Both the position numbers and the translations under genes were made by a program. A stretch of DNA of 42,229 nt from Burkholderiales bacterium (GTDB lineage: Bacteria; Pseudomonadota; Gammaproteobacteria; Burkholderiales; SG8-39), in the NCBI GenBank assembly GCA_035554335.1, contig DATMIG010000450.1, positions 1 to 42,229 of the forward strand, given 5' to 3'. Below the pieces are notes generated by a model. It was not told the DNA's origin. It saw only the letters and a program-made list of their open reading frames with translations, and ran no database searches. Below, one piece after another: positions 23,991 to 31,689 of this stretch; the first letter of the stretch is position 1; each line of letters begins with the position of its first letter.

Positions 23991-25928
23991 CTACAACGAG
24001 CGCGCGGCGCGGTGGCCTTCGAAGATCGCCTCGAGCGCGTTGCGTGGCGCGAGGCAATCGCCAACCAGCACGGCGGCGATCCCTGCCTCGGCGAGCGGCG
24101 CCTCGAGCGCGTGCTGCGCGCGCGATGGCACGCAGCCGACGAGCGCATCCAGGTCGATTTCGGACGTCTCGCCGCAGGATGTGTCTTCGAGCGTCAGGCG
24201 AGTGCCCTGCAGTTTCTGCGGGCGGCGCAGCGTCATGATGCGGATGCGCTTCTCGCGCCAGCGGGCGAAGCCGGTGAGCGTGCTGTAGATCGTCGTGCGC
24301 CACATCACGCCGGCTGCCGGCGTGATCACCGTAACGCGAGCGCCCTGCTCCGCGAGATGCTCCACCAGCCCGTACGCGCCCCAGTCGCCGGTCTCGTCGT
24401 ACACCGCGACGCGCTTGCCGCGAAGATCGGCTTGCGCCGCTTCGTCGAGCGTCATGGCAGCGGTGCCATCCGCGAGCGAATAGCGAACGGGTTCGGCCCC
24501 GGTGGCCAGTATTACGGCTTGGGCGTGGATGTCTCCGGCGCCCGCATTCCGGTTCAGCTCGACATCGACACCCAGCCGCGTGAGGCGCTTGCGCGCATGG
24601 TCGAGCCACAGGCCGAAGTCCTCGCGCAGGCGCAGCCCGGCCGCGAGGTTCAAGCGCCCGCCGAGGCGGTCGCTGCGCTCCCACAGGCGCACGCGATGGC
24701 CGCGCGAGGCGGCGATGGCCGCGGCTTCCATGCCGGCCGGGCCGCCGCCGATGACGAGGACGTCCTTCGCCGTCTTCGCGCGCTCGTTCTCCGGCCACGA
24801 ACCTTCGCGCCCGGCGCGCGGGTTGACGAAACAGGTGAGCGCGAGATTCTTCTCGAGGTTGTAGGCGCAGCCCTGGTTGCAGCCGATGCAGCGCCGGATC
24901 TCGTCCGTGCGGCCGTCGCGCGTCTTGTTGACGATCGCCGGGTCGGCGATGTGCGCGCGCGCCATGCCGACCATGTCGGCGTCGCCGGCGGCGAGCAGGC
25001 GCTCGGCCTCCTCGAGATCGCGGTACTTGCACACGGTGAAGATCGCCACCTTCCTCGGCGTCGCCGCGCGGATGGCGCGCGGCAGCTCACGGAACGGCGC
25101 CTTGTCGACGCCCATGTCCGCCATCTGCGTGCCGAGCGACTTGCTCATGTGGTACGCGGAGTGCGTGACGTGGATGAAATCGGTGTGCACCTCCGCCACG
25201 AGGCGCGCGGCGATCTGCGTCGCTTCCTCGATGTGCAACCCCTCCGGCAGGTATTCCTCCGCGGAGAAGCGCACGCCGAAGCAGAAATCCGGGCCCACCG
25301 CCGCGCGCACACGCCGTGCGACCTCGAGCGGAAAGCGCATGCGGTTCTCGATCGAGCCGCCGAACTCGTCCTTGCGCGCGTTCGAGAGCGGCGAGAGGAA
25401 CTGCTGCAAGAGGTGTCCGTGACCCCAGTGCAGCTCTATACCGTCGACGCCGGCGGCGAGCATGTTGTCGACCGTGCGCAGGTGACCGTCGACCACCGCC
25501 TGCATGTCCCGCGGCGTCATCTCGCGCGGCGGATAGGCGCCCAGCGACCAGCGGATCGGCGAGGCTCCCCACGACACCGTGCGCTCGAACTCGCCCTCGA
25601 TCTGGCGCCCGAGGTGGCAGATCTGCGCGAAGAAAAGCGCGCCCGCCTCGTGCACCGCATCGGCGACGCGCCGATAGGCCGGCACGCATTCCGGCATGTA
25701 GCCGGCCACCCCTTGCGGGCGGCCGAGGCTGTTCTCCATCACGCGAATCGCCTCGAATGTCACCATCGCCGCGCCGCCGCGCGCCCGCGCGCGGTGGTAT
25801 TCGGCATGGCGCTCGGTCGGCATGTGGTGCGAGCCGAGGTTGGTGGTGTGCGCCGGGACGAAGATCCGGTTGCGCAGCTGCAGGCGGTTCAGCTCGAGCG
25901 CGGAGAAGACGTGCGACAGGCTATTCAT
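23991..25928 (-). CDS. NADH:flavin oxidoreductase, OYE-like domain + 4Fe-4S + FAD/NAD(P) domain (2,4-dienoyl-CoA reductase FadH-like architecture)
   Basis: An OYE TIM-barrel N-terminus (LQLRNRIFVPAHTT, HWGHGHLLQQFLSP..N.R.DEFGGS.ENR.RF), the complete cluster motif CIGCNQGC-x11-C (residues 347-366) and the dinucleotide motif VLVIGGGPAGMEAA. Confidence 0.88.
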   Translation of the reverse strand: MNSLSHVFSALELNRLQLRNRIFVPAHTTNLGSHHMPTERHAEYHRARARGGAAMVTFEAIRVMENSLGRPQGVAGYMPECVPAYRRVADAVHEAGALFFAQICHLGRQIEGEFERTVSWGASPIRWSLGAYPPREMTPRDMQAVVDGHLRTVDNMLAAGVDGIELHWGHGHLLQQFLSPLSNARKDEFGGSIENRMRFPLEVARRVRAAVGPDFCFGVRFSAEEYLPEGLHIEEATQIAARLVAEVHTDFIHVTHSAYHMSKSLGTQMADMGVDKAPFRELPRAIRAATPRKVAIFTVCKYRDLEEAERLLAAGDADMVGMARAHIADPAIVNKTRDGRTDEIRRCIGCNQGCAYNLEKNLALTCFVNPRAGREGSWPENERAKTAKDVLVIGGGPAGMEAAAIAASRGHRVRLWERSDRLGGRLNLAAGLRLREDFGLWLDHARKRLTRLGVDVELNRNAGAGDIHAQAVILATGAEPVRYSLADGTAAMTLDEAAQADLRGKRVAVYDETGDWGAYGLVEHLAEQGARVTVITPAAGVMWRTTIYSTLTGFARWREKRIRIMTLRRPQKLQGTRLTLEDTSCGETSEIDLDALVGCVPSRAQHALEAPLAEAGIAAVLVGDCLAPRNALEAIFEGHRAARSL

Positions 25929-27507
25929 AGAGCTCGAGGATGCGCCGCGTGCGCGGCATCAGCGCCTCCGGCAGCGGCGTCGCGCGTTCCGTCCAGAACT
26001 CGTCGCTCGGCCGCGCCACCTGCGTGGCACTCGGTGTGTGCTCGAGCACGGCGTCCCAGACGCGATGCCAGGTGCGCCACGACTCGAGGCAGGCGAGCAC
26101 CTCGCGGTTGATGGTCTCCGGGTCGAGCGACGGCTCGGCGGTGTAGCGCGCGGCGAGGCGCTGGTCGAACCACGGCCGGAACAGCCGCCGGTTTCGCGTG
26201 GCATGCCAGAGTGAGATGAGATGGCTGCCGTCCCAGCGCGGCTCGATCGGCGGCGCATAGGCGGCCGCGTAATCGCGGGCATCGCGGTGCGGGCGTGCCG
26301 GCGCTTCCAGCACCGTGCGCTTCATGCCCAGCTCGGCGGCGATGGCGCAGCCGCCGTGCAGCGCGTACACATCGGCGTCGGCTATGCCGATCGTCTTCAG
26401 CGCGTTGCCGATGCTGCGTGCCATTGACGGCACGGTGAGCTCGTCCATGGTGTCCGAGTCACCGCATCCCGGTGCGTCGAGCGCGAAGACGGGACGCTGC
26501 TTCGCGAACTGCTCGATCTCGCCTTCCAGCATCGCGCCTGAGCCGGGCGCGGGCGGGATGACGACGAGCGGGCGCGTACGTTTGTCGGCGCCGGCGCTGC
26601 GCAGCGCTAGTTGGAGCGAGCCGGCGTCGACATAGGACTTCGTGATGCCCTGTGCGCGCGACTTGGTGCGCAGGTCGGCGGCGGTGGAGCGAGCCGCATG
26701 CGCGCGCAGGATCTCGATCTCCTTCGCGAGGCCGTCCTTGCGATGGAGCGGCATCGGCACGGTCTGGCAGCACGCCGGCACCTCGCGCAGGAGCTTGAGT
26801 GCGACCGTCAGCGAATCGTCCGGATAGGCGAGGAAAAACGTCGGTACGCGAAGGCGCGGCACCATGTCGATGCTGCGGCAGCGGAAGGCGGCGGCGTAAG
26901 GGAGCCGGTAGCCGTTGCCGGCGCGCAGGATGTCGATCACGCCTTCGTGCAGGAACTCGGCGTCCGGCACGTCGCAGCGCGCCTGCGTCACCTGGCCGGG
27001 GATGTTCCACGGCCAGAAGAGGTATTGCTCGCGATAGCGGTGCCAGAGCCAGAGCAGGTGCGAGCCGTCCCAGCGCACCTCGAACGGCGGAAAGTACGTG
27101 GCGACGCGGCGCGCGCGCTCGTCGTCGCTGTAGACCGGATAGCCGTCGATGAGCAGCGCGCTGACGCGCTCGGGCGAGCGAAGGGCGAATTCCGTGCAGG
27201 CCAGCGCGCCGGTGTGCGAGCCGTAGAGCGCGACCTGCTCGAGACCGAGCGCATCGAGCGTCTCGCCGAGGCCGATCGCCAGGTCCTCGATCTCGGGGCG
27301 CGGCGCACCGAGCGCATCGGAGCGGCCGAGGCCGGGGATGTCGAGCGCCAGCGCGGTGAAGCCGGCGCGGGCGAAGCCCTCGGTCTGCAGGTCGAGCGTG
27401 CGTCCCGAGGTGGGCGACTGGTGGATCAGCACCACGGCCGGGCCGCGGCCGGCATGCCGCACATGGACCTGGCGGCCGCCGACCGTCACGTACGCGCGGC
27501 GGATCAT
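25921..27507 (-). CDS. alpha/beta-fold hydrolase with internal duplication (two tandem alpha/beta-like halves)
   Basis: Half 1 reads VVLIHQSPTSG...ALALDIPGLGRSD...LYGSHTGA...PPFEVRWDGSHLLWLWH. Half 2 repeats the pattern as LVVIPPAPGSG...FALDAPGCGDSD...VYALHGGC...PPIEPRWDGSHLISLWH. There is an 8-nt overlap with the downstream gene start and an ATGA overlap with the dctM stop. Confidence 0.75.
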   Translation of the reverse strand: MIRRAYVTVGGRQVHVRHAGRGPAVVLIHQSPTSGRTLDLQTEGFARAGFTALALDIPGLGRSDALGAPRPEIEDLAIGLGETLDALGLEQVALYGSHTGALACTEFALRSPERVSALLIDGYPVYSDDERARRVATYFPPFEVRWDGSHLLWLWHRYREQYLFWPWNIPGQVTQARCDVPDAEFLHEGVIDILRAGNGYRLPYAAAFRCRSIDMVPRLRVPTFFLAYPDDSLTVALKLLREVPACCQTVPMPLHRKDGLAKEIEILRAHAARSTAADLRTKSRAQGITKSYVDAGSLQLALRSAGADKRTRPLVVIPPAPGSGAMLEGEIEQFAKQRPVFALDAPGCGDSDTMDELTVPSMARSIGNALKTIGIADADVYALHGGCAIAAELGMKRTVLEAPARPHRDARDYAAAYAPPIEPRWDGSHLISLWHATRNRRLFRPWFDQRLAARYTAEPSLDPETINREVLACLESWRTWHRVWDAVLEHTPSATQVARPSDEFWTERATPLPEALMPRTRRILELYE

Positions 27508-28808
27508 CTAGACAGGATCTTGTGCGGCAGCCAGGTAACGATCTCGGGGAACACCGCCATGATCGCGACCGCGGCGACGAGCAGCAGGAAAAAAGGCGTC
27601 GTGGCCCGCGCGACGTACATCTGGTCGCGCCCGGTCATGAGCTGCAGCACGAAAAGGTTGAAGCCGACCGGCGGGCTCAGCGTCGAGAGTTCGGTCATGA
27701 CGACGATAAAGACGCCGAACCACAGCGGGTCGAAGCCGGCGCCGACGATCATCGGCAGCGCGATCGAGGTGGTGAGCAGGATCATCGCCACGCCTTCCAG
27801 CGCGGTGCCGAGGATGAGGTACACCACGCAGAGCGCGGCGATCAGCATGTACGGATTCAGGTGCATCGCCGCCACCCACTCGGCGAGCGCGCGCGGGATG
27901 CCGGTGAGGGCCATCGCCGCCGACAGCACGCTCGAGCCCATCAGGATCAGGCCGATCATGCAGGTGACCGTCAGCGCGCTGTAGGCGCTCTCGACGAACG
28001 TTTTCCAGTTCAGCGTGCGCATGAACGCGGCGACGATCAGCGCGCCGACCACGCCGAGCGCGCCGATTTCCGTCGCCGTCGCCACGCCGGAGAACATGCC
28101 GGCGATCACGCCGACGACGAGCAGCACGCAGGGCAGCAGGTCCTTGCTCGCGCGCAGCTTCCCGGCGAGGTTCAGGCGCAGAGGCTCCTGCGGCACCTTG
28201 CCGGGATTCACCGCCGACCAGAGCATGATGTAACCGCTGAAGAGCACCGTCACCAGCAGTCCGGGCAGGATGCCGGCGACGAACATGTGCAGGATCGACA
28301 CCTCCGCCGCCACCGCGTAGACGATCATGATGATCGAAGGCGGGATCAGGATGCCGAGCGTGCCGGCGCCGGCGAGCGAGCCGATGGTGATCGGCTCCGG
28401 ATAGCCGCGGCGCTTGAGCTCGGGCAGCGCGATGCGCGAGACGGTGGCGCAGGTCGCGGTCGACGAGCCGGACACGGCGCTGAAGAGCGCGCAGCCGAAG
28501 ATGTTCACGTGCAGCAGCCGCCCCGGCGCCCAGGCGAGCCACGGCGCGAGGCCCTTGAAGAGGCCTTCGCTCACGCGCGTGCGGAACAGGATGTCGCCCA
28601 TCCAGAGGAACATCGGCAGCGCGGTGAGCGTCCAGTCGTTGCTGTCGCCCCAGATCGCCGTGGCCGCTATCTTGCCGACCGGCGCGGACGTGAACCAGGC
28701 GATCGCCGCCACGCCGGTGAGAAGCAGCGCGAAGCCGATCCAGATCCCCATGCCGAGCAGCAGCAGGAGCAGGACGAGGAGCACCAGCGACAGGATGGGC
28801 AGTTCCAT
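27504..28808 (-). CDS. dctM: TRAP transporter large permease (DctM family)
   Basis: 434 aa of highly hydrophobic sequence. LPMFLWMGDILFRTRVSEGLF...LFSAVSGSSTATCATV...GTLGILIPPSI are DctM hallmarks. Confidence 0.9.
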   Translation of the reverse strand: MELPILSLVLLVLLLLLLGMGIWIGFALLLTGVAAIAWFTSAPVGKIAATAIWGDSNDWTLTALPMFLWMGDILFRTRVSEGLFKGLAPWLAWAPGRLLHVNIFGCALFSAVSGSSTATCATVSRIALPELKRRGYPEPITIGSLAGAGTLGILIPPSIIMIVYAVAAEVSILHMFVAGILPGLLVTVLFSGYIMLWSAVNPGKVPQEPLRLNLAGKLRASKDLLPCVLLVVGVIAGMFSGVATATEIGALGVVGALIVAAFMRTLNWKTFVESAYSALTVTCMIGLILMGSSVLSAAMALTGIPRALAEWVAAMHLNPYMLIAALCVVYLILGTALEGVAMILLTTSIALPMIVGAGFDPLWFGVFIVVMTELSTLSPPVGFNLFVLQLMTGRDQMYVARATTPFFLLLVAAVAIMAVFPEIVTWLPHKILSR

Positions 28809-28811
28809 CGC

Positions 28812-29345
28812 CTACTCCGCGCCGGCCGGGATGGAGTTCGCCTGCTCTTCCTCGCGCACCATGTACGAAGGCGTCTTGCGCCGCACGAGCTGCACGAACG
28901 AGTCGGCGAGCGCGAGGAGCAGCACGCTGAGGCCGGTCAGCATCAGCAGCATCGGGATCCACTTCGGCACCGGGATGAGGCCGATGGTGTATTCGTTGAG
29001 CTGGCGCGACGTGAGGATCATGTCGACCGTGTAGTAGACGAGCTCGCCGACCGTGACCACGGCGAGGCCCGCGCAGGCGAGCTCGAGCACGCGCCGAACG
29101 CCAGGCGGCACGTGCGAGAGCACGCTCAGCACGCGGATGTGGATTCCGGCGCGCAGCGTGTAGGCGAAGCCGAGGAACACCGCGCCCGCCATGCAGAAGC
29201 CGGCGAAGTCGTCCGCCGACGGCACCAGCGTGCCCATCAGGCGCGCGCACACCTGGGCGACGGTCAGGACGGCGATCATGACGAGGAAGGCGACGGCGAG
29301 CGCCCCCGAGCCGGCGTAGATGGCGTCGAGCGTGCGGCGGATCAT
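28812..29345 (-). CDS. dctQ: TRAP transporter small permease (DctQ family)
   Basis: 177 aa with four TM-like segments, located immediately (3 nt) upstream of dctM. The start is ATG at 29345, in an ATGA overlap with the methyltransferase stop. Confidence 0.82.
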   Translation of the reverse strand: MIRRTLDAIYAGSGALAVAFLVMIAVLTVAQVCARLMGTLVPSADDFAGFCMAGAVFLGFAYTLRAGIHIRVLSVLSHVPPGVRRVLELACAGLAVVTVGELVYYTVDMILTSRQLNEYTIGLIPVPKWIPMLLMLTGLSVLLLALADSFVQLVRRKTPSYMVREEEQANSIPAGAE

Positions 29346-30361
29346 GGCTTGCGCGCCACGAACGCGGTCCACGGGAAGCGCCAGGTCGGCCAGTCCGGCC
29401 GCGTGGCGCCATCGACTTCCTCGAAGGGCGTGATCTTCACGTCGCGGAAACCCGCGCCGCGCAGCTCCCCTTCCAGGTCGAGCTCGTTGATCTCGGGCAT
29501 ATAGGGCTCGTTGTTGCGGCGTGCATGGCCGTAATGGATGAACTCGAGGAACGGATCCTTGACGCGGAAATCGAGATGCACCAGCGTGCCGCCGGGCGCG
29601 AGCAGGCGGTGCGCCTCGTGCAGCGATTCGCGCAGCGCCGGCGTATCGAGCTCGTGCAGCACCATGGTCGAGGTGACGAGGTCGAAGGCGCCGTCGGCAT
29701 AGCCGGTGTGGCGCAGGTCGGCCTGCTCGTAGCTGACGTTGGCGACCTTCGCTTGCGCCGCCTCCGCGGCGGCGAGCTCGAGGCAGGGAGCCGAGAGATC
29801 GATGGCCTTGATCTCGGCGCGTGCGAACTTCTGCGCCAGCGGCAGCGCGCTCTTGCCGAAGCCGCATCCCATCTCGAGGATGTGCTTGAAGTCGCCGAGC
29901 TCGCCGACGAATCGCGCGAAGCGCTCGTGCAAGCCATACCGATTGGTGGCGCCCGGCTGCGTCGATTGCGCGCTCGCCTTGTAGACGAGCCCGGCGTTCG
30001 GCGCGCCGGTCAGGTTGCCCGGATGCTGGTGCGTATCCACTGCGCTGTAGTACGCCGGCACGGGCACGTCGCGCAGCTTCGGCCGTCGGCCAGCTGGCGC
30101 TTTCACCGGTTCATCTATCTTCTGAATCCCGTAGCGCCCCGAGTACTTCGCGCGCTGGATATGCCGCTCGAGCCAGCTGTAGAACCAGTAGGTCGGACTG
30201 TCCGCCATGAGCGCCGCCACCTGCGAGGGGCTGGACAAGCTCTTGCCCGCGGAGCGCTGGCGGTAGTCTTCCTTGAGCGCGGTCCAGACCTCCGACATCC
30301 AGTACTGCTTCGCCTCCACCAGGAAGCCCTGGAAGGCGGCGGTCGAGCGATCAGCCGCCAC
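29342..30361 (-). CDS. class I SAM-dependent methyltransferase with an uncharacterised N-terminal extension of about 150 aa
   Basis: Motif I is ILEMGCGFGKSA, an acidic post-I residue sits in KAIDLS, and LHELD and LLAPGGTLV follow (Methyltransf_11/25-like). The GTG start at 30361 lies 6 nt after GGAGG. GC3-rich. Confidence 0.8.
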   Translation of the reverse strand: MAADRSTAAFQGFLVEAKQYWMSEVWTALKEDYRQRSAGKSLSSPSQVAALMADSPTYWFYSWLERHIQRAKYSGRYGIQKIDEPVKAPAGRRPKLRDVPVPAYYSAVDTHQHPGNLTGAPNAGLVYKASAQSTQPGATNRYGLHERFARFVGELGDFKHILEMGCGFGKSALPLAQKFARAEIKAIDLSAPCLELAAAEAAQAKVANVSYEQADLRHTGYADGAFDLVTSTMVLHELDTPALRESLHEAHRLLAPGGTLVHLDFRVKDPFLEFIHYGHARRNNEPYMPEINELDLEGELRGAGFRDVKITPFEEVDGATRPDWPTWRFPWTAFVARKP

Positions 30362-30650
30362 GGCCCGCCTCCACGTCGTTGCGCGAGGCGGCGTAGCCGA
30401 GCACCGGCTCGAGGAGGTGGCGCACGTACTCGCGCCGCTCCTGCGCCATCGCGCGCTCGGCTTCCTCGCTGCCGCGGAAGCCGTCGATCGCGCCGCGCGC
30501 GACGACGCCCTTCTGCTCGAGCAGGTGCTCGAGCACCTGCACCCGGTCGCGCAGCACCTGTACCTCGGCCGCCAGGTTGAACACCACCCCCATGATGCGG
30601 TCGGCGGCCGGGTCCGGGAAGTACGTCTGCTCGAGCTGAAGGTCCTTCAT
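30351..30650 (-). CDS. hypothetical 99-aa protein, predicted helical/coiled-coil
   Basis: ATG at 30650, 13 nt after the dctP stop. Nearly every codon ends in G/C, which supports real coding. It contains a heptad-like stretch, AAEVQVLRDRVQVLEHLLEQKG. I recognise no family. The listed start at 30710 overlaps dctP. Confidence 0.55.
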   Translation of the reverse strand: MKDLQLEQTYFPDPAADRIMGVVFNLAAEVQVLRDRVQVLEHLLEQKGVVARGAIDGFRGSEEAERAMAQERREYVRHLLEPVLGYAASRNDVEAGRGG

Positions 30651-30663
30651 ATGGCGGCCCCGC

Positions 30664-31656
30664 TCAGCGCTTGACGGTCTTGCGGAACTCGGCGACGACC
30701 TTCTTGCCATCGTCGTCCGCCTTCTGCAGCCAGTCGTTCAGCATCTGCTCGCCGATCTTGTCGAACTCGGCCTGCAGCTTGGGCCCCGGCTTCACTACCT
30801 TCATGCCCTTCGCGGCGAGCTCCTTGCGCGCCTCGTCCACCTTCTGCCGGCTCATGTCCCAGCCGCGCTTGTCGGCGGTGGCCGAGGCCTTGAGGATCGC
30901 CTGCTGCGCCTGCGGCGGCAGCTTCTTGAAGGCCGCCTCGTTGACGAACACCATCTGCTTCGGCAGCCAGGCGTTGGTGTCGTAGAAGTGGGTAGTGAAC
31001 TCCCAAGCCTTGAAGACGACGGCGCTGGTGGGCGAGGTGTTGAAGAGCTGGATCGTGCCGGTGGTCATCGCCTGCGTGAGCTCGGTCATCTGCACCGTGG
31101 TCGGCACGGTGTGCATGTATTTCGCGAGCGACGAGGTCATCTCGTTGTAGGCGCGCTGGCGCTCGCCGCTGATGTCGGCGAGCGAGTTCACTTCCTTCTT
31201 GAAGAAGAAGCCCTGCGACGGCCACGGCGCCGCGTACAGGAGGCGCAGGCCCTGCTTCTCGAGGTAGGCGGAGAGCGCCGGCTTCGAGATCTGCCAGAGC
31301 CTCTCGCCCTCGTCGTAGCTCGTGACGAAGAACGGCAGCCCGTCGAGCTCGAACAGGCGCTTCTCGGTGCCGAGGTTCTGCATGAGCTGCGTGCCGAACT
31401 CGACCTGGCCGGTCTGCACCGCGCGCTTGATCTCGGGGTTCTTGAAGAGCGAGCCGGCGAAGTGCATGTTGATCTGCACCGCACCGTTGGTGGCGGCGCG
31501 GATCTCCTCGCCCCACTTCAGCATGTTCTGGTTGATGAACTCCGTCTGCGGGTACGCGTCCGCGAGGTTCATGCGGTATTGCTGCGCGGCCGCGAGGCCG
31601 GGCAAGCCGAAGGCGACCAGCGCCGCCGCGATTGCAGTCCTTCTCACCTGATTCAT
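30664..31656 (-). CDS. dctP: TRAP transporter substrate-binding protein (DctP family)
   Basis: Signal peptide MNQVRRTAIAAALVAFGLPGLAAA/QQ, with a DctP-like core (...KWGEEIRAATNGAVQI..HFAGSLFK..E...AVQTGQVEFG). AAGGAGAGAG sits upstream of the ATG. Confidence 0.88.
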   Translation of the reverse strand: MNQVRRTAIAAALVAFGLPGLAAAQQYRMNLADAYPQTEFINQNMLKWGEEIRAATNGAVQINMHFAGSLFKNPEIKRAVQTGQVEFGTQLMQNLGTEKRLFELDGLPFFVTSYDEGERLWQISKPALSAYLEKQGLRLLYAAPWPSQGFFFKKEVNSLADISGERQRAYNEMTSSLAKYMHTVPTTVQMTELTQAMTTGTIQLFNTSPTSAVVFKAWEFTTHFYDTNAWLPKQMVFVNEAAFKKLPPQAQQAILKASATADKRGWDMSRQKVDEARKELAAKGMKVVKPGPKLQAEFDKIGEQMLNDWLQKADDDGKKVVAEFRKTVKR

Positions 31657-31689
31657 ACACCTCTCTCCTTTTGTGAAATCAAAACGCTG

